Positions 18,177 through 27,429 of a DNA stretch of 64,000 nucleotides are shown here, one piece after another. This DNA comes from an uncultured Faecalibacterium sp. (GTDB lineage: Bacteria; Bacillota; Clostridia; Christensenellales; CAG-917): contig CAZBVO010000008.1 of NCBI GenBank assembly GCA_964495385.1, forward strand, positions 62 to 64,061, read 5' to 3'. A program made the position numbers and the translations under genes. Position 1 is the stretch's first letter; each line of letters opens with the position of its first letter. The notes below the pieces were generated by a model. That model ran no database searches. It was not told the DNA's origin and worked only from the letters and a program-made list of their open reading frames with translations.

Positions 18177-18686
18177 ATGCCCGACCAAAACTTCAGAAAA
18201 GCATACCACAACTTCAAACCCGTTGCAGACAAAAACTCCGAAATTTTGTTTTTGGGCAGCATTCCGTCCGTCGAATCAAACCGTCAACAGTTTTTTTACA
18301 TGCACAAAACCAACCGATTTTGGCCCGTGATGAGCGCCGTTTTCGGGGAAGATTTTTGCGGCATGGACAAATCTCAAAAAATCCAAACACTGCTCGAGAG
18401 GCATATCGCCCTGTACGATTCGATAGAAAGCTGCGACATCCTCGCAAGCAGCGACAACAGCATCAAAAACCCCGTTCCGGCAGACATCCCTTCGATAGTT
18501 TCCGACAGCAAAATCAAACGTATTTTTTGCGTCGGCGCGGCAAGCAAAAAATATCTTTTGAAATTTCATCCGCAATACGCCGACACGGTTACTCTGCTTC
18601 CGTCGCCGTCGGCGGCAAATGCGGCCTTCTCGCTTGAGCGCTTGACCGAAATTTGGAAAGCGGAAATAACGCCTTATATAAAATAA
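18177..18686 (+). CDS. Uracil-DNA glycosylase superfamily, hypoxanthine(deoxyinosine)-DNA glycosylase type
   Basis: LFLGSIPS..S, FFY.H..NRFW, SSDNSI, LPSPSAANA. Confidence 0.85.
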   Translation: MPDQNFRKAYHNFKPVADKNSEILFLGSIPSVESNRQQFFYMHKTNRFWPVMSAVFGEDFCGMDKSQKIQTLLERHIALYDSIESCDILASSDNSIKNPVPADIPSIVSDSKIKRIFCVGAASKKYLLKFHPQYADTVTLLPSPSAANAAFSLERLTEIWKAEITPYIK

Positions 18687-18714
18687 AACAGACGCGTTTT
18701 GCGCCTGTTTTTTT
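18685..18714. terminator. Bidirectional intrinsic terminator
   Basis: AAAACAGACGC-GTTTT-GCGCCTGTTTTT between convergent genes. Confidence 0.7.
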
Positions 18715-18722
18715 ATTTTTTC

Positions 18723-20237
18723 CTATTCTTCCGTCGGTTTTGTCGATTTTTTGGCACGAGGTTTTCGTGCGGTCGGTTTTTTGACCTTCGTTACGTCCTC
18801 GCCCTCGGTAGTTTTGACGGCGGTTTCAGACGAAGCGTCGGCAGGGATTGGCTCTGCTTCCGTCTGTTTTGCCGTTTCTTTTTTTGTCGCTCGCTTTTTC
18901 CGAGCGGTCTTTTTCTGTTCGTCCGCGGTCTTTTTCGGTGCAGAGTCATCCGTCGTTACGGCAGGTTCGGTAGGTTTAGGTTCCGCCTCGACCTCGACTT
19001 TATTGCCGTCGCTTTCTTTGTCCGAAGGGGTTTTTTCCGAAATCTTTTCGGCTACCGCTTTTTTAGACGTCCGTTTGGCACGCTTTTTGGCGGGTTTTTC
19101 GGCAGGTTCCGTACCCGTTTGGTCGGTTTTTACATCGGTTGTTTTGGTTTCAGGCACGGCGGTCGGCCCGGTCGAAGCCACTTCGTGCTTCTCTTTTGCC
19201 GCCGCTTCGACGGTCGGTTCAGCAACGGCTACGCTTACTTTTGACGGAACGTCGGCCAAACTGAACATATAATTTCCGTTTTCCAATCGGTGCTCTACGC
19301 CCGGGATGTTTTTGAAAAGTTCGACGATGTTCTTTTCGCCCACCTTGATTTTTTCGCATTCAGGATGCATCTTTCTAAGCAGGCTCAGCAGCTTTTGATA
19401 GCCGATTTCGTTGTCGTTGTTTTTATGCTTTGCGATAATTTTTTTGACGTCGGCAATGACCTGTTCGTCATATTCTTTTCCGTCGGTTGCCGCTTTTTCG
19501 GCCGTAGAGGCGGCAGTTTCCAAAGGATTTGCGGCAGGTTTAAGATCATCGCGATCGGATGCTTTTTTGATAAGCATCGGGATGAAGTGTTCGGTTTTTG
19601 CGCTCTTTTGTTCAGGCTGCTTTTCTTGCGGCTTATTTTGAGGCTGATTCTTCGGTTTTGCGGTTTTTGGAGCAGGAGTTTCCGAAGCCTTTTCCTCCGG
19701 TTTGGCGGCCTTTTTAGGCGCAGGAGAAGCCTTTTGCGCCGTCGAACCGAATTTTTCGACCGCATATCCCAAATTGATGAATTCCGAAGCCGCTTTCACC
19801 GAATTCGGCGTGTGCGTCTCGCCCATGACGATAACGTGTTTTCCGCCCTCGGTAAGCCTTGTGCAAAGTCTGGTGAAATCGCCGTCCGAGCTGACTATGC
19901 AAAAAGTGTCCACTATGCCCTGATACATCAAATCCATGGCATCGATAACCAAATAGATGTCGCTGCTGTTTTTGCCGACGGTGTTTTGCGACTGCTGCAT
20001 AGGCACGATGCCTTTTGCCGCCAAAATACCGTACCAGCCGTTCAGAACTTCCCACAGGTTGTAACTGTCCTGTCCCTGTTTTTTAAGCGGTTTCAGTTGC
20101 GATTTGGTCCAATCGGCATAAGCTCTTTTTACGATAACTCTGCCTCTTGACGCAAGCTCGCTCAAAATTTTGTCGATATACCTGCTTTCGATGTTTTCAG
20201 CATCGATAAGCAACGCTATATTGTTGATTTTTTCCAT
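18723..20237 (-). CDS. NYN-domain (LabA/PIN-like) protein with OST-HTH/LOTUS-like domain and long K/E/A/P/T-rich tail
   Basis: LLIDAEN, RAYADW, GKNSSDIYLVIDAMD, VSSDGDF; later helical domain and low-complexity tail. Confidence 0.88.
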   Translation of the reverse strand: MEKINNIALLIDAENIESRYIDKILSELASRGRVIVKRAYADWTKSQLKPLKKQGQDSYNLWEVLNGWYGILAAKGIVPMQQSQNTVGKNSSDIYLVIDAMDLMYQGIVDTFCIVSSDGDFTRLCTRLTEGGKHVIVMGETHTPNSVKAASEFINLGYAVEKFGSTAQKASPAPKKAAKPEEKASETPAPKTAKPKNQPQNKPQEKQPEQKSAKTEHFIPMLIKKASDRDDLKPAANPLETAASTAEKAATDGKEYDEQVIADVKKIIAKHKNNDNEIGYQKLLSLLRKMHPECEKIKVGEKNIVELFKNIPGVEHRLENGNYMFSLADVPSKVSVAVAEPTVEAAAKEKHEVASTGPTAVPETKTTDVKTDQTGTEPAEKPAKKRAKRTSKKAVAEKISEKTPSDKESDGNKVEVEAEPKPTEPAVTTDDSAPKKTADEQKKTARKKRATKKETAKQTEAEPIPADASSETAVKTTEGEDVTKVKKPTARKPRAKKSTKPTEE

Positions 20238-20322
20238 ATATTCTCCGTTTTTCGTGTCAAAAATCTTATAAATTAACTATAAGTCAGGTTGATTATAACA
20301 CAATCGGCGCACATAAGTAAAC

Positions 20323-20352
20323 AAAAAAGCCACCTGTTTTAGGGTGGCTTTT
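20323..20352 (-). terminator. Intrinsic terminator after nfeD-floA operon
   Basis: AAAAAAGCCACC-TGTTTTAG-GGTGGCTTTT. Confidence 0.8.
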
Positions 20353-20384
20353 AGGGTTTTTTGGCGATTTTTCGCCTTGAACGG

Positions 20385-20942
20385 TTATTTTTTGAATTTA
20401 GGTTTTTGTATAACCTCGCCGAAAACCATCATCGCTTGCAACGGTGTGAGTTCGTATTCGAGGTCGATATCCGCGTCGTCATCGTCGGTTTCGACAAAGC
20501 GCACGTTGCGGAGTTCGTCGCACCCCTCGGCATTTTCGACAGGCAAACTGCCCGACGTCGGAACGTATTCGACTTGAGTGTTTTTTGTTTTGCTCGGATG
20601 GTGATGGTGATCTTCCCGTGAAGTTTTTTCCAACTCCGCTTCGATCACCGTCTTTTTTCCGACGTTTGCCAAAACCTCTTGTCTGCGTTTTTGAACGCCG
20701 TCGTACCACTCCTCTGCGGTCATGCCGGATTTTGAGGCAGATGTCCGTTGCCTTTCGGCATCGTTTGCGGCCCTGTTATAATTTTCGTCAACCGCCTTTT
20801 TGGCGTTTTCCGATGCGGTGCGCACGCCTTCTTTTACCTTTTTCATGATAGGCACAAACACCGCGAAGAATATAACAAACGGTACGACCGACATTATCCC
20901 CTCGATAAATTCAAATATTTCGCTTCCAATCAATTTGCCCAT
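20385..20942 (-). CDS. Hypothetical single-TM protein, third gene of nfeD-floA operon (YqfB-position)
   Basis: N-terminal TM, charged body, C-terminal LQAMMVFGEVIQKPKF resembling the YqfB-like SEILG.P end; start may be 20894. Confidence 0.7.
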   Translation of the reverse strand: MGKLIGSEIFEFIEGIMSVVPFVIFFAVFVPIMKKVKEGVRTASENAKKAVDENYNRAANDAERQRTSASKSGMTAEEWYDGVQKRRQEVLANVGKKTVIEAELEKTSREDHHHHPSKTKNTQVEYVPTSGSLPVENAEGCDELRNVRFVETDDDDADIDLEYELTPLQAMMVFGEVIQKPKFKK

Positions 20943-20969
20943 AATAAGGTTTTATCTGTTCAAAAACCG

Positions 20970-21974
20970 CTATTTAGACGGCTTTTCTGCTTTTTTATCG
21001 GCACCGCTTATAGCGTTACGCATACCGGTGTCGGCAATTACGTTCTGCATATTGTAGTAGTCCATAACGCCCATGTTGCCGCTTCTTAAAGCGTCCGCAA
21101 GCGCAAGAGGAACTTCCGCTTCGGCCTTGACGACTTCCGCTTTCATTTCCTGAACCTTTGCCTTCATTTCCTGTTCCTGAGCAACGGCCAGTGCCCTTCT
21201 TTCCTCTGCTTTTGCCTGAGCTATACGCTTGTCTGCTTCGGCCTGATCCATCTGCAATTGAGCACCGATGTTTCTGCCTACGTCGACGTCGGCGATGTCG
21301 ATTGACAAAATTTCAAACGCCGTGCCGGAATCCAAGCCCTTTGCCAACACCGTTTTCGAGATGCTGTCCGGGTTTTCCAAAACGTCTTTGTGGGATGCCG
21401 ACGAACCTACGGTGGTTACGATACCTTCACCGATACGGGCGATAATTGTGTCCTCGCCTGCGCCACCCACCAATCTGCTGATGTTTGCGCGAACGGTAAC
21501 CCGAGCTTTTGCCCTCAATTCGATACCGTCTTTTGCGATTGCGGCGATAACAGGGGTTTCAATGACTTTAGGGTTTACCGAAACTTTGACCGCATTCAAA
21601 ACGTCACGGCCGGCAAGGTCGATGGCTTTTGCCGTTCCGAGCGAAAGTTCGATGTTTGCGCTGTGCGCGCTGATGAGTGCATTGACTACTTTCAGCACGT
21701 CACCGCCTGCCTGATAGTGCGTTTCGAGTTCGGCTATGTCGATGTTCAAGCCTGCTTTCGTTGCCGAAATGTAAGCCTCGACAACCATTCTGACTTTGAT
21801 TTTTCTCAGTTTCATACCGATAAGACGTCCCATCGATACCCTTGCGCCCGAAACGACGGTAAGGAACCACAAAGACACCGGCACCAGCGAGAAGAATATC
21901 GCCAGCAACACTACGACCACAGCAACGATGCCTATAACCAGTCCCGTGCTGACTGCCAAAATTGTATTGATCAT
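20970..21974 (-). CDS. floA: Flotillin-like protein FloA (YqfA)
   Basis: [67 protein letters not shown]. Confidence 0.95.
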   Translation of the reverse strand: MINTILAVSTGLVIGIVAVVVVLLAIFFSLVPVSLWFLTVVSGARVSMGRLIGMKLRKIKVRMVVEAYISATKAGLNIDIAELETHYQAGGDVLKVVNALISAHSANIELSLGTAKAIDLAGRDVLNAVKVSVNPKVIETPVIAAIAKDGIELRAKARVTVRANISRLVGGAGEDTIIARIGEGIVTTVGSSASHKDVLENPDSISKTVLAKGLDSGTAFEILSIDIADVDVGRNIGAQLQMDQAEADKRIAQAKAEERRALAVAQEQEMKAKVQEMKAEVVKAEAEVPLALADALRSGNMGVMDYYNMQNVIADTGMRNAISGADKKAEKPSK

Positions 21975-21989
21975 ATTTTTATCCTCCGA

Positions 21990-22511
21990 TTAAATTTTTC
22001 TTATTTTTATTGTTCCGCCCTTTGCGGAAACCACCCTGACCGGGCAATCACGCTCGACAAATCCCTCTTCCGACGTTACGTCGAACACGTTGTCGCCTAT
22101 GCGTGCTTTTCCGACGGGACGAAGTTCGGTAAGCGTCGTCCCTTCCTGCCCCACAAGCGAGCTGTGGTCGGGAGTGCCTTCGGTGACTCCGTCGGGAACG
22201 GCCGTTGTTTTTTCAACCAATGCCGTCCGACTTATCCAGCCTCTTTTGACGGAATAGGCCATCAACAAAAATGCCAACAGCAGCACCGCAATCTCCAACA
22301 GTAGCAGCAAAAAGAACTGTTTTATCGGATTTCCGGAACTGTGTGTTACGGCAAGTATCATTCCCAAAAGCGTAAAAACTATGCCGCTTATCCCGAAAAC
22401 TCCGAAGCCCGGGCAGAAAATTTCGATTATAGACAGAAGCATCCCGACGCCGAGACAGACGGCCGCCACCACACCCATATCCGAAAATAAAATTTGTAAT
22501 TCGGTCAACAT
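21990..22511 (-). CDS. Short NfeD-family membrane protein (OB-fold)
   Basis: EIFCPGFGVFGISG, TELRPVGKA..DVTSE; GGAGG RBS before ATG 22511; upstream of floA. Confidence 0.88.
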   Translation of the reverse strand: MLTELQILFSDMGVVAAVCLGVGMLLSIIEIFCPGFGVFGISGIVFTLLGMILAVTHSSGNPIKQFFLLLLLEIAVLLLAFLLMAYSVKRGWISRTALVEKTTAVPDGVTEGTPDHSSLVGQEGTTLTELRPVGKARIGDNVFDVTSEEGFVERDCPVRVVSAKGGTIKIRKI

Positions 22512-22648
22512 TTTTACCTCCTTTGTTTTGATGATTACATTGTAGCATATTCCAAAAAGCAAAGTCAATATAAGTTTATTTAAGTTTTACATAAGTCTTG
22601 ATAGTTTTGCCGAAGTCTTGCAAAATTTGCAAACTTTTTTATCATACG

Positions 22649-22676
22649 AAAAAACGGATTGCCAAAGGCAATCCGT
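22649..22676 (-). terminator. Intrinsic terminator after small NYN gene
   Basis: ACGGATTGCC-TTT-GGCAATCCGT followed by TTTTT on minus strand. Confidence 0.85.
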
Positions 22677-22692
22677 AATCCGTTTTGAAAGA

Positions 22693-23205
22693 CTATTTAA
22701 GCAATGCGGTGAGCTGAGCGAGCAAGTCGTCATCATCGTCGGTAGCAACCTTTTTAGCTTTAGGAGCGGTGTGCTCTGCAGCGAAAACGGCGTTTTCGAG
22801 AACGATGGTTTTGTTGCAAAGTGCGCTGTTGAGGTCAGGTTTTGCAACGCCGGCGTAAACTTCAATGCCGCGAGTCTTCAAATAACTGATGAGAGGCTTG
22901 ATGTCGCCGTTTCCGTAAAGAATGTAGAAAGCGTCGATGTGGCCGGTCTGCGCAAGGCTTACAGCGTCGATAACCTGTCTGAGGTCGAGTTTGCCTTTAC
23001 GTTTGCGCGGAAGGCTGGACAAAGCGTCATAGTTGTTGTTCTGAATGAATTCAGCATAGTCTTTGGTACGTTTTGCAGAGTAACCGTAGAATTTGATACC
23101 TGCGATTTCGCCCATTTTTGCAACTTCTTTGAGGGATTTTTCAAAAGAGTCGAACGGGATTCTCACACTTTCGATATCCGCCAAAACAACGATTTTTTTA
23201 GCCAT
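22693..23205 (-). CDS. Small NYN-domain protein (degenerate acidic motifs)
   Basis: VLADIES, KFYG, KLDLRQVIDAV, YGNGDI..LISYLKTRGIEV; GGAGG RBS. Confidence 0.75.
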   Translation of the reverse strand: MAKKIVVLADIESVRIPFDSFEKSLKEVAKMGEIAGIKFYGYSAKRTKDYAEFIQNNNYDALSSLPRKRKGKLDLRQVIDAVSLAQTGHIDAFYILYGNGDIKPLISYLKTRGIEVYAGVAKPDLNSALCNKTIVLENAVFAAEHTAPKAKKVATDDDDDLLAQLTALLK

Positions 23206-23233
23206 AGTAGTTCCTCCAAATTAAATTCGTTTT

Positions 23234-24058
23234 TTATTGTTCTCGTTTATAATAAAACAAGTATTGTTGCGCATAACCCGACAAATCGCCAAACCTTTCC
23301 AAAAGCATTTCGGCCATGATTTTTGGGGTGGTTTCATACCCGAACAAATCCAAAAACACTTTTTTTATCCAAGTGTCAACGGGAAACGTGTCGGTTTTGT
23401 GATAAGCGAACAGCAAGACGCAATCGCACACCTTCGGCCCGACGCCCGTCAGGCGGGAAAGATATTTTCTGGCTTCGTCGGTGGACATACCGTAAACCTT
23501 TTCCAGGTCGAATCCGTCCGCCACGGCCCTTGCGGTTTTTGCGAGATAGGAAGCCCTGTAGCCCGCACCGATTTTTTTGAAGAAATCTTCGCCCGCAGAC
23601 GCCAATTTCTCCACTGTCGGAAAAGCATAGTATCCGTCCATCCTCTCGCCCAGCCCTTCACACAGCCTTTCGATGATGATTTTTATGCGAGGGATGTTGT
23701 TGTTTGCGCTTATAATGAACGAAAACAGCGTTTCAAGCGGATCCTGATTCAAAATTCTTATGCCTTTGCCGTATTGAGCTTGTGCAGGAATTAGGCCTTT
23801 ATCGCTTAATTCTGACACTATTATACCATAGTTTCGGCGTAAATCAAAGTATTTTTCAAAAAAATATTCCGAATTTGTAAGAATTATTACGTTATTTCCC
23901 TCTTTTTTGACCTCGGCCGTCGCATTTTTGGCAAAAACACGGTAGCCGTCGGCGGTTTTGAGGTATCTGAAAAGCTGTCCGCACTCGATTGTTTGTGTCG
24001 GATCGAAAAATTCGGCGTCAAAAACCGTTATTTTCCCGTTTTCTATCTTGTAATCCAT
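23234..24058 (-). CDS. 8-oxoguanine DNA glycosylase/AP lyase (Ogg1-like)
   Basis: TIECGQLFRY, GIRILNQDP.E, SANNNIPRI, HhH GVGPKVCDC, FPVDTW. Confidence 0.92.
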   Translation of the reverse strand: MDYKIENGKITVFDAEFFDPTQTIECGQLFRYLKTADGYRVFAKNATAEVKKEGNNVIILTNSEYFFEKYFDLRRNYGIIVSELSDKGLIPAQAQYGKGIRILNQDPLETLFSFIISANNNIPRIKIIIERLCEGLGERMDGYYAFPTVEKLASAGEDFFKKIGAGYRASYLAKTARAVADGFDLEKVYGMSTDEARKYLSRLTGVGPKVCDCVLLFAYHKTDTFPVDTWIKKVFLDLFGYETTPKIMAEMLLERFGDLSGYAQQYLFYYKREQ

Positions 24059-24097
24059 AATTTTTCTCGCGCGCGTGCGCATGCGTACAAATATAAT

Positions 24098-24122
24098 AAA
24101 AGGTCGCCGTGCGGCAACCTTT
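24098..24122 (-). terminator. Intrinsic terminator after rpmA
   Basis: AAAGGTTGCC-GCAC-GGCGACCTTTT on minus strand. Confidence 0.75.
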
Positions 24123-24159
24123 AATTCAAATGATGGCTTCGAACAATCGAAGCATGTTG

Positions 24160-24444
24160 TTATTCGGCGTCTACCGGGTAAACGCTGACTCTTCTGTCTT
24201 TCTTGCCCTTTCTTTCAAAACGTACGGTGCCGTCTACCAACGCAAACAAAGTGTCGTCGGAGCCGATGCCTACATTGATCCCCGGATGCATAGCCGTGCC
24301 GCGTTGACGAACCAAAATGTTGCCGGCCTTTGCGAATTGACCGTCAGCCTTTTTGGCTCCCAAACGTTTGGACGCGCTGTCGCGACCGTTGTGGGAACTA
24401 CCGGTACCTTTTTTATGAGCGAAAAGTTGAATTTTAATAAACAT
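24160..24444 (-). CDS. rpmA: 50S ribosomal protein L27 with N-terminal Prp-cleaved extension
   Basis: MFIKIQLF|[18 protein letters not shown]. Confidence 0.98.
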   Translation of the reverse strand: MFIKIQLFAHKKGTGSSHNGRDSASKRLGAKKADGQFAKAGNILVRQRGTAMHPGINVGIGSDDTLFALVDGTVRFERKGKKDRRVSVYPVDAE

Positions 24445-24774
24445 TTACTTTACCTCCAAATTGATGAAATCGGAAAAACCTTCATAGAGGTCGGACACTC
24501 CCAAAAACAATGTGGAAAGTATAACGTCGGCGTCGTGAGCCTGTCGGTCCGAAAGTTTTGCCGGAAGAACCATTTTCAGGTAGCCTTCCTCTTCCCTTAC
24601 CGTGTACTCGACGTTGATGCCGGCCACTCTCATCAGGCCCAAAACGGCCGTCTGAACGATGCTGGACAGAGCTGCGCAGACGATATCTTCGCCTTCAACC
24701 CCGTAGCCTGTGTGCCCGTCGCACTCGACGCTTACGATTCTGTTGTCCGATTTTCCGAATTTAACGGTTGTCAT
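24445..24774 (-). CDS. prp: Ribosomal-processing cysteine protease Prp
   Basis: GHTGY...GEDIVCAALS; between rplU and rpmA. Confidence 0.95.
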   Translation of the reverse strand: MTTVKFGKSDNRIVSVECDGHTGYGVEGEDIVCAALSSIVQTAVLGLMRVAGINVEYTVREEEGYLKMVLPAKLSDRQAHDADVILSTLFLGVSDLYEGFSDFINLEVK

Positions 24775-24779
24775 TTTGA

Positions 24780-25085
24780 TTACTTAACGATTTTTGTGAT
24801 TTTCAAAGCCGTGTACGGTTGACGGTGGCCTTGGCGTTTACGCTCGTTCTTCTTAGCTTTGTACTTGTAAACGATAACTTTGTCGAATTTGTCGTTGTAA
24901 AGCACTTCTGCTTCGACCGATGCGCCGCTTACAGGATTGCCGACTGCGATGTCTGCGCCGTCTGCCAACATAAGCACGTCGAGTTTAACGGTGCTGCCGA
25001 CTTCTGCGTCCAGTTTTTCAACCTTGACAATTTGGCCTTCTTCAACTTTAAGTTGTTTGCCTCCGGTAGCTATAATTGCATACAT
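24780..25085 (-). CDS. rplU: 50S ribosomal protein L21
   Basis: [20 protein letters not shown]; GGAGG RBS; start 25085. Confidence 0.98.
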   Translation of the reverse strand: MYAIIATGGKQLKVEEGQIVKVEKLDAEVGSTVKLDVLMLADGADIAVGNPVSGASVEAEVLYNDKFDKVIVYKYKAKKNERKRQGHRQPYTALKITKIVK

Positions 25086-25094
25086 AAGAAAATA

Positions 25095-25180
25095 CCTCCT
25101 CTTTCCAGTCTCACTGCTTTCAATCAAACCGATTTTCAGGTGTCGCAAAAGCGCACTTTTACCCTCTGCATGTGGCTCGA
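25095..25180 (-). promoter_or_regulatory. L21 leader-like 5' UTR structure
   Basis: GAGCCACATGCAGAGGGT..CACCTG..GTGAGACTGG pattern between promoter and rplU RBS, resembling Firmicutes L21 leaders. Confidence 0.55.
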
Positions 25181-25185
25181 TGTAT

Positions 25186-25214
25186 AATTTAGCATAAAAA
25201 AAGGGCGATGTCAA
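25186..25214 (-). promoter_or_regulatory. sigmaA promoter of rplU-prp-rpmA
   Basis: TTGACA-17-TAAATT with extended TG. Confidence 0.75.
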
Positions 25215-25268
25215 CCGATTTTCGCCCTTTGGAAATATATAATTTATTATATATAAAAGTATTTTTCG

Positions 25269-26759
25269 TCAATACAGCATCTTTGCCGCCGACGGAAGCG
25301 TCAGAATTTTTTCGTTGTCTTCCTTTAAAGTAAACTCCTCGGCGTGAACGGTGCTGTCAGGGATAAGATAAATTCGCTTGCCTCTCCAAGAGGTTTGGCA
25401 CTCCTTGGACAGATACCTCAGCGCAAACACCTTTGCAAACACGTCGGGATGTATGTGAACGATAACCGACGTGGCCTGCGATTTTCTGAACAGCTCGAAC
25501 AGCGCGTCCCTAAGATTCAAAATAACCAATTCCTCGCTGTAAACGTAGCCGTTGCCGTGGCAGTACGGACATTCGCGAAGCATAACCGCATCGATCATGC
25601 TGCGAGTCTTTTTTCTGGTCAGTTCAACCAGCCCCAACCCCGTCATCACGGGTTGTCCGGTGTGAATGCGGTCCTTTGCAAGATGCTTCCCCAGTTCCTC
25701 TACAACCGCTTTGCGGTGTCCCTCGTCGGCCATGTCTATAAAGTCGATGACCACAATGCCGCCTATGTTTCTCAAGCGAAGCTGTTTTGCAATTTCGGCC
25801 GTTGCGACCATGTTTGTTTCAAAAACCGTCTGCTCGAGGTCGGTGTCGCCGACAAACTTGCCGGTGTTTACGTCGATAACGGTCAAAGCCTCGGTGCGAT
25901 CGATAACGAGGTATGCCCCGTTTTTCATAACCACCTTTCGCTTCAAAATGCCGTCAATCTGTTTTTGGAATCCGTAGTGAACGAACATGTTGTCTTCGCC
26001 CGGATAAAACTTCAACAGTTTTTTGTCGGGATACATCACCTGAAGTTTTTCGGCAAGGTCGCGATAGACGTTTTCGTTGTTGACGAAAATGTCGTCGACG
26101 TCGTCGGACAAAAAGTCGCGAATGGTCCTGAAAATCAAATCGCCCTCTTCGTAAACGGTGGTGCAGACAGGCGCTCTGGTGAAGCTTGAAAGTATGTTTT
26201 TCCACTTCGTAACCAACTGGTCCATTTCGGCCAATATTTCCTCATCCGACGCTTTAGCCGCCTCGGTACGCACGATAAACCCTATATTCGGTGGTTGATG
26301 CGACGATACCAACTGCTCCAGACGCTTGCGCTCGGACTCCGATTCTATCTTGTGCGAGATGCCCACAAAATTGATGTGCGGCATGATAACCAAAAGCCTT
26401 CCCGGGATGGAAATGTTTTGCGAAACCCTTACGCCCTTGGTGCCGAAATGATCCTTTACCACCTGACACATCACGATGTCGCCGGGGCTTACGTTGAGGT
26501 TTTGCGCCCCCACTTGACCGCCTATATCTTTCGGATCGACAAGGGTTTCTCCGACGTGCAAAAAGGCGTTGCGCTCAAGCCCGATGTTGACAAACGCCGC
26601 TTTCATGCTGGACAAAACGTTTACCACTTTGCCCTTATAAATGTTGCCGACGAGTTTCGGCATACTGCTTCGCTCGATATAAAATTCGGCAACTTCGCCG
26701 TTTTCGACCAAGGCAACCTTTACTCTCTTTGGATGATAATCTATAAAAATTCTCTTCAT
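25269..26759 (-). CDS. rng: Ribonuclease E/G family
   Basis: GNIYKGKV S1 domain, TEALTVIDVNTG, LRLRNIGG.VVIDFIDM, CPYCHG. Confidence 0.95.
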   Translation of the reverse strand: MKRIFIDYHPKRVKVALVENGEVAEFYIERSSMPKLVGNIYKGKVVNVLSSMKAAFVNIGLERNAFLHVGETLVDPKDIGGQVGAQNLNVSPGDIVMCQVVKDHFGTKGVRVSQNISIPGRLLVIMPHINFVGISHKIESESERKRLEQLVSSHQPPNIGFIVRTEAAKASDEEILAEMDQLVTKWKNILSSFTRAPVCTTVYEEGDLIFRTIRDFLSDDVDDIFVNNENVYRDLAEKLQVMYPDKKLLKFYPGEDNMFVHYGFQKQIDGILKRKVVMKNGAYLVIDRTEALTVIDVNTGKFVGDTDLEQTVFETNMVATAEIAKQLRLRNIGGIVVIDFIDMADEGHRKAVVEELGKHLAKDRIHTGQPVMTGLGLVELTRKKTRSMIDAVMLRECPYCHGNGYVYSEELVILNLRDALFELFRKSQATSVIVHIHPDVFAKVFALRYLSKECQTSWRGKRIYLIPDSTVHAEEFTLKEDNEKILTLPSAAKMLY

Positions 26760-26763
26760 ACTG

Positions 26764-27429
26764 TTATTCTCCGAGGTTCTTAAGATAGTCGTCGACGTCG
26801 ATTGCTTTGCCGCCCACGTTCACGAATTGCCGTGTTTTGACCGCTTCGGTGATTTCGATATTCAGGCCGAAATCGGCATTTAAAGCATTTATAAGTCTGT
26901 CCGCCCTAAGATTGGTGTTGCCCGTTGCAAGCTTAACCGTGAGGCCGCCGTCGGCCACGGCAACGTCGTAGATAAGCGAACGCACGTCTTTTGTTTCAAG
27001 ATTGCCTTTGACGGTGTAAGTGATGTTGTAAGTTTTTGCCTCGCTAAGCGTTTTTACCGCCTTCGACACACCGTCCGAATTGTCCGAAGGAAGATAATAC
27101 TCGGATGCGAAAATTTTGCCGGCAAGGTTCGGAGACTTAGGCGTTTCAAAGCATTCAATGCCCTCGAATCCCGGAGCATACACCCCGTTGTAGGCCTCCA
27201 AAAACTCTTTTGCAGTCATATCACGGCAGTCGGCCGTAACGTATTCGGCGCGGCTGTTAAGCCCCAACGCAAGCGGCGGACTGAAAAACAGCAGCATGTG
27301 CGGATTGAACCCCTTTGAATACTCCATTTTAATTTGGGCTCGACGAATTGCACGGACCATTCCACGCAAAGTGTCGATGTGCGAAATGAACACGGCGGTG
27401 CCGCATTTTTTGTATTTTAAGGTTATCAT
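26764..27429 (-). CDS. Radical SAM-associated protein (TIGR03936/DUF2344)
   Basis: FISHID..R...RA, YSKGFNPH, PLALG..S.AEY; follows TIGR03960 gene. Confidence 0.9.
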   Translation of the reverse strand: MITLKYKKCGTAVFISHIDTLRGMVRAIRRAQIKMEYSKGFNPHMLLFFSPPLALGLNSRAEYVTADCRDMTAKEFLEAYNGVYAPGFEGIECFETPKSPNLAGKIFASEYYLPSDNSDGVSKAVKTLSEAKTYNITYTVKGNLETKDVRSLIYDVAVADGGLTVKLATGNTNLRADRLINALNADFGLNIEITEAVKTRQFVNVGGKAIDVDDYLKNLGE

